Below, piece by piece: positions 40,335-49,833 of a DNA stretch of 64,000 bases; positions within the stretch are counted from its first letter, which is position 1, and every line of letters starts with the position of its first letter. Both the position numbers and the translations under genes were made by a program. Source of the DNA: Candidatus Bathyarchaeota archaeon (lineage in GTDB: Archaea > Thermoproteota > Bathyarchaeia > Bathyarchaeales > Bathycorpusculaceae); contig CAWEPZ010000001.1 of assembly GCA_963811105.1 (NCBI GenBank), positions 32,001-96,000 on the forward strand, given 5' to 3'. The notes beneath the pieces are model-generated. The model was not told the DNA's origin. It saw only the letters and a program-made list of their open reading frames with translations, and did no database searches.

Positions 40335-41264
40335 ATGAATTTAACAGACAACTGCGGCAGACCACTTCTTAACTTGCGGATTTCGATTACTCAGCGATGC
40401 AACAATCGCTGTTTGTACTGTCACAGGGAAGGCGAAGTGCAAAGGGCAAACGCTTCGGCTGAATTAATGTCTGTTGACGAAATCGTGCGCATAGCAACAA
40501 TCGCCGTTAGCCTTGGCATTTCGAGGATAAAATTAACTGGCGGAGAACCGCTCATGCGAAAAGACCTTCCAGAAATTGTCGGAGGCATAGCTAAGGTGCC
40601 AGACTTGAGGGATTTGTCTTTAACCACCAACGGTCTTTTGCTGGATGGCGTGGCTAAGGAGTTACGCGAAAAAGGATTAAGACGCGTAAACATTAGTTTG
40701 CCCTCCTTGAACGAAGAAACTTACAGAAAATTAACAGGAGGAAACCTGCAAAAAGCGTTAGCAGGGGTCAAAGCGGCAATTGAAGTTGGATTCTGCCCGG
40801 TTAAGCTGAATATGGTTCTCTTAAGAGGGATGAACGTAGGCGATGTGCCAGAAATGATAGAGTACGCCAGTCAAACGGGCACCATACTGCAACTTATAGA
40901 GCTTGACTCTATCAATGTAACCGACACTTACTATTCAACATATTACAAGAACTTAGATGAGCAAGAAGAAATGTTACGCAAGAATGCGGTAACAATTGAG
41001 AAAAGACCCTTAATGCACAACCGCCTAATCTACCACCTGCCAAAGGCAACTGTCGAAGTAGTACACCCGATTGAGAATAGCGACTTCTGCATGCACTGTA
41101 CACGTTTGCGCGTCACAAGCGACGGCAAACTAAAAACCTGCCTCATGAGAAACGACAACCTAATTGACATTCTAACCCCAATACGTAATGGTGCAAGCGA
41201 CGAACAATTAAAACAGCTATTCGCAAAAGCTAACTTGCTAAGAGAGCCATACAATAAGAGTTAA
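40335..41264 (+). CDS. moaA: GTP 3',8-cyclase
   Basis: CNNRCLYCH, TGGEPL, FCMHCTRLRVTSDGKLKTCL. Confidence 0.96.
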   Translation: MNLTDNCGRPLLNLRISITQRCNNRCLYCHREGEVQRANASAELMSVDEIVRIATIAVSLGISRIKLTGGEPLMRKDLPEIVGGIAKVPDLRDLSLTTNGLLLDGVAKELREKGLRRVNISLPSLNEETYRKLTGGNLQKALAGVKAAIEVGFCPVKLNMVLLRGMNVGDVPEMIEYASQTGTILQLIELDSINVTDTYYSTYYKNLDEQEEMLRKNAVTIEKRPLMHNRLIYHLPKATVEVVHPIENSDFCMHCTRLRVTSDGKLKTCLMRNDNLIDILTPIRNGASDEQLKQLFAKANLLREPYNKS

Positions 41265-41404
41265 TGATTCTTGATACGAATCCTTTTTTCTGTTAAAAAG
41301 AGTGCTATTTAAGAAATATTTATCGAGACTACATATAATGGAGATATTCAATTGATCGAATTCCCATCGAAATTTGTAAATTGCTTTTTTAATCTCGACG
41401 ATTG

Positions 41405-42961
41405 TCAGTTTCTTTTAGAAACTTCAGCTTGGTCACTGTTAATTCCTCGCCACATAATCTTGTAGCCGAGCGATGCCAAAACGTTAGATGGGTCATCTGC
41501 ACCTTCTTCTTCGATGATTTTTGACGCTTCATTTAGGGGCATTTTTCCCGATTGACTGATGGCTTCTTTAATTCTTGTGTCGATTTGTAAAAGTATTTTA
41601 TTGCTGATCAAAATATTAGCAATCGCAACGTAGCCGGAAGGTGGATTGCCCACCAAGAAAGCTCTTGCGGCTTCTGGTGAAACGCCAATTCTACACGCGA
41701 ATTCCTTAAAAGAAACTACTGGTTCGGTAAATTTAATCTGCAAACCCTCAAGAAGATTAATCTCCTTTGATTTGACTTCTTCAAACTTGGTTCCCAAATA
41801 TCGCAGAATCGGGGCAAGAGGAATTTTGTTGCGGTAATAAATTAAGTCAAGCTGTGGACGTTTTTCCAAAGCAGAGAGTTTTTCGCATGCCAACTCTTCA
41901 TTGACCAGGAGGAGCATCTTTGCCTTCACTAACTTTAGCTTCTCTATTTTCCTCATTAAGTACTCTTCTGTCCAGAATCCCACGATTTCTAAATAGATTT
42001 TGAGGCCGGCTTTTTCAAGGGAGAAATCGGGAATAATTACATTTTTTCCAGCAGTTACAGGTTCAGGTTCTCTTTTTAATATCCAGCCAGAAGTCAATGC
42101 TTGAAATTGGGTGGCGAAATCCGATTCGATAGAGCTATCATAAGTCAAAGTCGGCAAACGTGTTTTCTTTAACAGTGAGCCATATTTTTTGCTTTCAATT
42201 TTGAAGTCGAAGATTTCGTTTGTAAACTTCCAAAGAACCTTTGCCTTGACTGTCCATTCGGGGTTAGCAACGATTATTGGCAACAGCTTGGCTATGCCCA
42301 CTCCGTATCTTCGAGTTAGCTTAAACAGGCTGCCTGGGCCGTCTATTTTAACCCACAGATCATTATCTCTGTAGACTTCATAGATTAACCCAAATTTCTT
42401 TATCGCATGAAAAAGGTCTTGCCAGTTGCCTGATGCTGTGAAACTTAGTTCTGTGGCATCAAAAAGTAATGTCTGTGTCAAACCTAAATTATACTCGCCC
42501 AGTAACTCAGAGGTTGAAGGTGGGGTAAACTTTTCAAGAACCAATTCGCTATCTAAATCAGAGTAAAAATTCTCTTCAACATCCCCTATTGATAGAGCCA
42601 TCTCGGAAGCTACGGTCGCTATTATTTTTCGTCTTTTTTCAGAAGTGAAAGGTACCCCAAAATTTTCTGTGACTTGAAATATTTTTCTGCGCAAATCAAC
42701 TGGGTTAATTTTGCTTTGGCAGACAAATGTGCTTTTCCGATCAAGGAGTAATGACAAAGCTCTGACAAAGCGATATTCGTAGCCTTTGTCTTCAAGCTCA
42801 GCGACTAAGGCTTTTAGAACTTTCTTTTTTTCTCCAACATGTATCTTGTAAGCTTCGACAAGAAGGTTCGCGGCATCATCGTTACTACTGGAAGGTTTAG
42901 CGTAGCGGGGAAGAATCTCGCCCTTCCTCTTCCAAACTGAAAGCAAGTCGCTTGGAAACAT
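41405..42961 (-). CDS. bax1: DUF790/Bax1 endonuclease
   Basis: YNLGLTQTLLF, DGPGSLF...RYG, IPDF...YLEIVGFWTEEY; coupled to XPB. Confidence 0.88.
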   Translation of the reverse strand: MFPSDLLSVWKRKGEILPRYAKPSSSNDDAANLLVEAYKIHVGEKKKVLKALVAELEDKGYEYRFVRALSLLLDRKSTFVCQSKINPVDLRRKIFQVTENFGVPFTSEKRRKIIATVASEMALSIGDVEENFYSDLDSELVLEKFTPPSTSELLGEYNLGLTQTLLFDATELSFTASGNWQDLFHAIKKFGLIYEVYRDNDLWVKIDGPGSLFKLTRRYGVGIAKLLPIIVANPEWTVKAKVLWKFTNEIFDFKIESKKYGSLLKKTRLPTLTYDSSIESDFATQFQALTSGWILKREPEPVTAGKNVIIPDFSLEKAGLKIYLEIVGFWTEEYLMRKIEKLKLVKAKMLLLVNEELACEKLSALEKRPQLDLIYYRNKIPLAPILRYLGTKFEEVKSKEINLLEGLQIKFTEPVVSFKEFACRIGVSPEAARAFLVGNPPSGYVAIANILISNKILLQIDTRIKEAISQSGKMPLNEASKIIEEEGADDPSNVLASLGYKIMWRGINSDQAEVSKRN

Positions 42962-44311
42962 TATGTTGCGTCTCCAGTTTTTTGGTGGCGTCTACGACTT
43001 GTTCCGACTTCCATGGTTTCTTTAGAGATTATCTCGATTAGCCGAGCTATTTTGCCTTCTTTCTTCCTGAGCAGTCGTCCGAGTCTTTGGACGTATTCTC
43101 TGTTGCTTCCCGTTCCTCCAAGAACTAAGCCTACTGATGCGTCAGGCACGTCTAAACCCTCGTCCAAAACCTGAGAAGTCACAACAACAGGGTATTTGCC
43201 GTTTCCGAAGTTTGATAGTATTTCTCGGCGTTCTTCTCTAGGAGTCTGATATGTAATCGCTGGGACTAGAAAAGCGCAAACTAATCGTATAAACCAAGTC
43301 GTTAAAGAGAGTGAAAATCAGGGTTTTCTCATTTTTGTAAGCCTCTAGCTTCTGGGCTAGCAGGTTTAGCTTAGCTTCTGAGTTAACGGCAACCTTAACC
43401 GCTCGGTTTCTTGCGAGTAATGCTTCGCGTGCTTTTGGGTCCCTTCCAGTGGTCATTATGAACTTTTGAAAGTCTGCAGCACCTCTCAAAGTGATTTTCC
43501 GCTGTCTGAGAAAGCTTCTAAAAATCCTCATCTGGGACTCGTAGATTTGCTGCTCTTTAGGTGTTAGTTCAACTAATATTTTTTCGTATGTGTATGGTGA
43601 AAGGTGCTCCCCTGAAAGTTCTTCAACGTCGACTGAATAGACTGGGTCGCCGACAAGTTGGGGAAGAAGAGAATGCCTCTGATCGCTTCTTTCATAAGTT
43701 GCAGTTAAGCCCATGCGGTAAGGGGCGATATACATCTCGGCTATCTGCATGTAGCCTACAGAGGCTAAATGATGCACCTCGTCGAACACTAATAACATAA
43801 ATTTGTTGCCAAGCTGTTCCGCATGTATGTAAGCTGAATCATAAGTTGTAACCGTAACCATCCGAACAGTGCTTTCGCCCCCGCCAATAGCTCCGGTATC
43901 CAAGTTAAGGCAGTCTTTAATGCGTTTTCTCCATTGATCAATCAAATCCAATGTTGGAACAACAATCAACGTCTGTATTTTCAATCGTTCAATTGCTTTT
44001 AATGCGATGAAAGTCTTTCCAGCTGCAGTGGGCAATACCAGAACCCCTCTGTTGCGGGCTCTGTACCAATTGTCCAAAGCTTCGTTCTGGTAATCCCTGA
44101 GTGCAACATTGCTTTTAATTTGTTCGAGAGGAGGCAAATCAAGAGTATCATTTTCAAACTTAATTCTGCTCTCGGCCAAGTACTCCAAAATATCTCTGTA
44201 ATGGTAAGCTTTAATTCTATAGCAGCCAACTCTTGGGTCCCATTTACCGTAAGGAGTTCCCACTTCGCCCTTCAAAAGCAGGGTGCCCCTGTCAAACCAC
44301 AAACGTAGCAT
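42961..44311 (-). CDS. xpb: XPB/Rad25 SF2 helicase (frameshift at about 43270)
   Basis: LRDYQ, PTAAGKT, DEVHH, GLTAT; C-terminal ORF has LDEGLDVPDA and QRLGRLLR. Confidence 0.92.
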
Positions 44312-44428
44312 ATCACTGCATCAATTTCAAACCAATTAAGTCTGTCTAATAAATAGTTCAATTCAAGACCATTTTTCAGCCCTTAAACGGCCTAAAGGGT
44401 CCTTGGTCTTAAACAACAGTTCTGCGAC

Positions 44429-44926
44429 TTATAATTCAATTATTTTTGCTTCATGTTTAGCGGTGTCTAGCACTGCAATTGTGGATTTTCCCGTCAGATA
44501 CCCACAGAGTTCTCCCGGGTTAATGGCTAAGGTTTTGTCTATGCACACGATGCTTTTGTTGTGTGAGTGTCCGTGGATGACGGCGTCAAAGTATCCGCTG
44601 TCTATTATGGAGTTGAGCAATTCGGTTTCTGTTCCATGCAACAGCGCGATTTTGTAGCCTTCCACTTCAAGAGATGCGAACTGTCCGTGGATTGTGCAGT
44701 TAGTGGTTTCGTTAAAGCGTTTTTTTAGGAGTTCGTGGTCTCCGTCGTTGTTGCCAAACACACCGATTAGTTTGCAATTAAGCACTTTGAATTTTGGGAT
44801 AACAAAACCTGCAACGTAATCGCCCGCGTGAAGCACCAAGCCTACTTTTTGGTCGTTTAGATATTTTACGGCTCTTTCTATTAGGGGCAAATTGTCATGC
44901 GTATCAGACATCACGCCTATCAACAT
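44429..44926 (-). CDS. YfcE/MJ0936-like metallophosphoesterase
   Basis: SDTHDN, HAGD, GNND, HGHSH, INPGE. Confidence 0.92.
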   Translation of the reverse strand: MLIGVMSDTHDNLPLIERAVKYLNDQKVGLVLHAGDYVAGFVIPKFKVLNCKLIGVFGNNDGDHELLKKRFNETTNCTIHGQFASLEVEGYKIALLHGTETELLNSIIDSGYFDAVIHGHSHNKSIVCIDKTLAINPGELCGYLTGKSTIAVLDTAKHEAKIIEL

Positions 44927-45086
44927 CTTTTTTCACCTTGGTGTTTTTCACGCTGGCTCACTAAAAGTTTTCTCTCTAGGACACAGCTTTTTGAAAAAAT
45001 CACGAAACCATAATGTTAACTCTAAACAACCAACCAACGTCAGAGATAAAGAATCTAAAAGTAAACTGCACTAATGAATATAGTGA

Positions 45087-45240
45087 AAGACAACGTCAAA
45101 CGCTAAGTCGAGAAGAAGCCATCTTGACGTCATGTCAGGCATAATAGAGATAGCTAAGGAAAGCGCTTTAAAGATCCAAATCATGTAAAAAGCAAACCTA
45201 GCTTTGCCCAACTAAGCGATTATGTTGCGTTTAGCTAAAG
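45087..45240 (+). pseudogene. Decayed winged-helix regulator (ArnR1-like)
   Basis: SRRSHLDVMSGIIEIAKESALKIQIM*KANL/SFAQLSDY, with a stop and a frameshift. Confidence 0.65.
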
Positions 45241-45371
45241 AACAATTCACTGAGTACAAGTACCTGCATCAGGGCAATAAAGAAGAGAAGATATTGCGTT
45301 CGGGTTATGAAAAACGGTTGCTACAGTCACGGCACAAGTTAAAGCTGAATCCGTGCACCGTTCCAAATTAG

Positions 45372-45572
45372 CTATTTTTTCTTTGGCACGAACGGGTTCT
45401 CTGGAAAATAAACAGCTTTCTGGGATATCTCTACGCTACAAGAACCAGGGTGAGCTTTGCAGTAGTCTTCACAGTCCTGAGCTATGCTCCTTTCTGAGTA
45501 TCCAAGGCCACAAATATCACAGAGAAAAACTGTTCTATCTCCAACCTTCTTTTCTGTAACCAAAATTAGCAC
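45372..45572 (-). CDS. Small Cys-rich zinc-binding protein
   Basis: FLCDICGLGY.....AQDCEDYCKAHPGSCS. Confidence 0.75.
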   Translation of the reverse strand: MLILVTEKKVGDRTVFLCDICGLGYSERSIAQDCEDYCKAHPGSCSVEISQKAVYFPENPFVPKKK

Positions 45573-45842
45573 TCCCCTAAAAAATGATTAATTAAGGCGT
45601 ATTTAAGAAGTTGGCTCTAATCATTGCAAGACTATCAGGCGCGTAATTCAATAACCTCGTTTTTAAAGGAAAGAAAGAGAATTTACGATTGAAACCTCCC
45701 AAGCCTTAAGGTTCAAATTCCACCCTGCACCAATATAAGCAAAACTTCAGGGGTGTTTGTCTTCAGCGATCTCTTCTATGGTTTGGATATATTTAATTCT
45801 CCCCGTTTATTCTTCTTCTTAATGTTTTTTGGAGGCGTTTGA

Positions 45843-46797
45843 TTGATTAAGAAAAAGAGCGGAACAAAAGTTGCGATTGTTGGTGCTGGCTTTGTGGGTA
45901 CAACATTTGCCTATTCATTGTTGATACGCAGTTTGGTTTCTGAGATTGTTTTGATTGATACAGATAGAGACAGAGCAGAAGGAGAGGCTATGGATTTGAG
46001 CTATGGGCTACCTTTCTTGGAGCCTGTGGATGTTCGAGCAGGTGACTACCAGGACTGTGAGGATTCAGATATAGTTGTTGTTACCGCTGGAGGCGCTAGA
46101 AAAAGCGGGCAGTCTCGTCTAGAATTGGCAAAAGAAAACTTCACCCTCATGAGAGAGGTAATCTCGAAAATCACTGAGTACAATAAAAAATGTATCCTGT
46201 TAATGGTTACAAACCCACTCGATGTCATGACATATATCAGCCTTGAAGCTTTCAGATTTCTCAAAAACAAAGGTGATTGGGAGCGGAACAGTCTTGGATA
46301 CAGCTAGACTTCGGTATTCGCTTGGAGAATACTTAGGAGTTGATTCAAGAAACGTCCATTCTTACATAATTGGTGAACACGGAGACAGCGAAGTTCCAGT
46401 TTGGAGCCTTGCGAACGTTGCTGGAATCCGGCTGAAAGAGTACTGCCCTCTGTGCAATGTGCCGTACAAAAAAAGTGTTTTCGATGAACTTTTCGTAAAA
46501 GTGCGCGATGCCGGGAAAGAAATCATAAGACGCAAAGGCAGAACAAACTACAGCATCGGTTTGAGCTTAACAAAGATAGTTGAAAGCATAATCCGAAACG
46601 AGAATTCTATCTTAACCGTATCTTGTTACCTTGAAAACTATCACGGAATAGATGATGTGTGCCTAAGCGTACCAGCTGTGGTCAACAAAGATGGCGTGAA
46701 GAAAATAATCGATCTGCCGCTTAATGAAAAAGAAGAAGAAGCATTCCGAAAGTCTGCTGAGACAGTCAAGGAAATCAACCAATCCCTCGGTCTATAA
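45843..46797 (+). CDS. ldh: LDH-like lactate/malate dehydrogenase (frameshift at about 46242)
   Basis: VGAGFVG, VTNPLD, SGTVLDTARL, GEHGDS across two overlapping ORFs. Confidence 0.88.
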
Positions 46798-46874
46798 CTG
46801 GGCACCTTTTTTTTACGGTACTCATTTTTTCTCACCTCGGCCATAAATTACAAAGAAAATAAGAGTTTTTGCGA

Positions 46875-47403
46875 GTGAAATCTCCAGCAGGGCGTAGGAT
46901 CAAATCCCCTCCAGCTCCAATGTCTGCGCACATAGAGTTTCAACTCTAACTTAGACAGCACATCAGGCAATGCATTTCTGAGACATTCATTTAGAGAATT
47001 CGAGGATTGGCCATCTACAGCAGACCGATTTATAGAATATTCTTAACCGAATTTCTCATGGTGAATATGATTACATTCGGCTTTCGATTTTCTGTAACTT
47101 GCAGATCAAGTCAATGCGCGCTTTGTTTATTGTCTTCATGTGCCTCAGAATTCGTATAACTGACATCATCGATAGGACTACCAATCCTTTCTCCGACTGA
47201 CGTGTTTATCTTCACAGGCAACATGCTCTAATGCAGGCTGTTAAATAAAAATAATCGCGCACGATGTGCCATAAAAGGATTAGACAAATGGTGAAAGGGA
47301 ATAACATATGCCATATTTGTGTTCTCATTGTAACTAGTTTTTTAGGCTAAAATAAAAAAAGGAAATGCAGGTGAAATCTCTTGCAGGGCGTAGGATCAAA
47401 TCC
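46875..47403. repeat. 33-bp direct repeat (46875-46907 and 47371-47403) resembling a degenerate tRNA 3' half
   Basis: GTGAAATCTC-NN-GCAGGGCGTAGGATCAAATCC, 31 of 33 identical. Confidence 0.8.
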
Positions 47404-47716
47404 TCCCCTCCCGATGCCAAATATTTGCTAAGCTTGTGATTTTTATTTCTTAAACAACAACTTAATAACCCAAACCCACGGTGCCAGCAAAAAACTTTTC
47501 AAGGCCAAAGAAAGAGGCATGGATTTCCTTCAAAGACACATTGAATGGGTTCGCTCGCTAAAAAACTCCGCAATCCAAAGCAAGCCATAACAGGATCCTA
47601 AAAAAAACCGTTGAGCTTAAGATTCATGAATTAATAGATTTATGTGAGGAAATCAATCTTTTAAGAAAACCGGGAAATTGGTTTCTTAATTCTTGGTTTC
47701 GGTCAAGTATTTTTGA

Positions 47717-48436
47717 TTATAAATCCTGAAGCACCAACGGAAGCTCACTTAAATTCTTAATAACTATGTCTGGGTGAACATTCTCAATATCTTTCTCAAC
47801 ACGCCTCTGAACATAAACTGATTTCATTCCAACCGCTTTGGCTCCTTCAACATCAGCATCCAAAGTATCCCCAACAAAAACCGTTTCAGAAGCGCCAACA
47901 CCAAGCGCCTGAAGTGTTCTCTTGAAGATTTCTGGACTAGGCTTACGTTTGTTAATGGCTCCAGACACGACAACTGCATCAAGCAATGAGACTAACCCGT
48001 GAGCTTTAAGCAGTTTATCCACGCATTCGGGAATTGCAAAATTTGAGATTATTCCAAGCTTATATTTCCTATGTAATCCCCGTAGCAAAGCTTCCGCATC
48101 TTTGTCTAAATAAACAAATGTCATAAATTCGTTACAAAACTCTTCAGACGCCCCTGTTACTAATGAGCTGGAAATGCCGTAGTTGTAGCCTAAGCTTTTG
48201 AGCGTTTCAGAAACCCTAATGTTGAAGTGAGGTTCTTCAAGGTTAGCGTTCGCTTTAGCGTAAAGCTCGTCGCGACTCTTTACATAGGCTTCTTGAAATG
48301 TGTCAAAGGAGACGTCTACGCCGTTTTTATTTAGGAAATTGTACATTTTCATTAACGCGGGACTGTAAAGATCATGGTTTTTCCTAATCATCACAAGAGT
48401 ATCGAACATATCAAATAAGACAGCTTTGATCGTCAT
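47717..48436 (-). CDS. HAD-superfamily hydrolase
   Basis: FDMFDTL, IISN, KPSPEIF, VGDTLDADVEGA. Confidence 0.92.
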   Translation of the reverse strand: MTIKAVLFDMFDTLVMIRKNHDLYSPALMKMYNFLNKNGVDVSFDTFQEAYVKSRDELYAKANANLEEPHFNIRVSETLKSLGYNYGISSSLVTGASEEFCNEFMTFVYLDKDAEALLRGLHRKYKLGIISNFAIPECVDKLLKAHGLVSLLDAVVVSGAINKRKPSPEIFKRTLQALGVGASETVFVGDTLDADVEGAKAVGMKSVYVQRRVEKDIENVHPDIVIKNLSELPLVLQDL

Positions 48437-48481
48437 CTCTGTATTTATCCCATCAGTAAGCTTTAGTAAAGCTTAAAATTC

Positions 48482-49768
48482 TTATCGCAACGTAAAAGGA
48501 CTTTTTTGGTTTGATCGCTTCAACTTTTTGTGTATAACATAGTAAACTGATCCTGCAAGAAGGAAAACAACGCCAATTATCCATGCTTGTGTTGACGCGA
48601 AAAGAATAAACGCTAAAAGCATTATGCAAGTCGCCAGTCCCAGCAAAGGCAAAATCTTACTGAGTTTGCCAGCGCCTTTGAGTTTGAATGCAGCAATATT
48701 ACATACGCAATAAGTAAACAGAAGAGCAAATGTGCTAACTGCTATAACACTTGTTAAATCCAAAAAGACTAAACCCGCCATCAAAACACCTGCCAACAAA
48801 ATAGCATAGTACGGTGTGAAAAACCTGTGATGCACCCGGGCCAAGAAAGAGGGCAAATCATTTCCTCGAGCCATCGAATAAGCCATTCTTGAAACTCCCA
48901 AAATAGCTGTTAACAAAACACTTGCTGTAGCAACTAAACCGCCAACCGAAATAATTTGAACTGCAAGTGAATTACCCGAAACTCTCATAGCTGAATCCAA
49001 AGGTGAACCAGAAGCCGCTAACCCAGCGGGCTTCAACAATCCAATGGCTACTACCCCAACTAAAACGTAAACCACCATCGCAATAGCAAGAGACAAAACT
49101 AGAGCTTTGGGCACATTTCTCTTAGCATCCTTCACCTCCTCCGCAACAACCGCAACCCGTGCAAAGCCACCGTAAGCAAAGAAGATGAAAAAGGATCCGT
49201 AAAGCACGCCGCTAGTTAATGGATTAAATGGCAAGAAGTTACTCCCGTTAAAATGTAATGCGCCAAAAGCTACAAAGAACGCCAAAACTGTCAGCTTAAT
49301 GGCGACTAAAATATTGTTGACTCTTGTTGATTCTTTAGCACCAATTAAATTCAAACCAGTAAAAGCAAGGCACAAACCAGCAGCTACTAAATTGGTTGGC
49401 AAACTTGGAAATGCTGCTGATAAATAATAGGCGAATCCTAGAGCAACTGCGGCTCCTGTGAAGGTGTTAGCCACCAGCCACATCCAGCCTGCCAAGAAAC
49501 CTGAGAAAGGTGAGATCAGTTGGCGTCCATACTCGTAAACGCTTCCTTCAACGGGTTGCCATGCTGTTAGTTTTGCAAAACTTGTTGCTGTAATGAAAGC
49601 GATGATTCCTGCAATAATCATGGAAATGATAAGTCCGGAGCCTGCGTAACCTGCCAAGATACCGATGACAACGAATATGCCGCCGCCTATGATTGCGCCA
49701 ACGCTGATGGCAACTGCGCTCCATAAACCGATTGAACACTTCAGCTTTCTTGGTTCTTGCGTTTCCAC
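48482..49768 (-). CDS. APC-family amino acid permease
   Basis: GAIIGGGIF, FFAYGGF, EEVKDAKRNVP; about 12 TM helices. Confidence 0.92.
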   Translation of the reverse strand: METQEPRKLKCSIGLWSAVAISVGAIIGGGIFVVIGILAGYAGSGLIISMIIAGIIAFITATSFAKLTAWQPVEGSVYEYGRQLISPFSGFLAGWMWLVANTFTGAAVALGFAYYLSAAFPSLPTNLVAAGLCLAFTGLNLIGAKESTRVNNILVAIKLTVLAFFVAFGALHFNGSNFLPFNPLTSGVLYGSFFIFFAYGGFARVAVVAEEVKDAKRNVPKALVLSLAIAMVVYVLVGVVAIGLLKPAGLAASGSPLDSAMRVSGNSLAVQIISVGGLVATASVLLTAILGVSRMAYSMARGNDLPSFLARVHHRFFTPYYAILLAGVLMAGLVFLDLTSVIAVSTFALLFTYCVCNIAAFKLKGAGKLSKILPLLGLATCIMLLAFILFASTQAWIIGVVFLLAGSVYYVIHKKLKRSNQKSPFTLR

Positions 49769-49833
49769 CTGTGACCACAGCTAAACGAAACATTCAAACA
49801 AATGACATATAAAACCTTACAAGCACCAAAACC

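Noticed and set aside
45323-45330. Additional operator copy (ACAGTCAC)
   Set aside because: No left half-site at the 6-nt spacing and no downstream gene, so it is not counted
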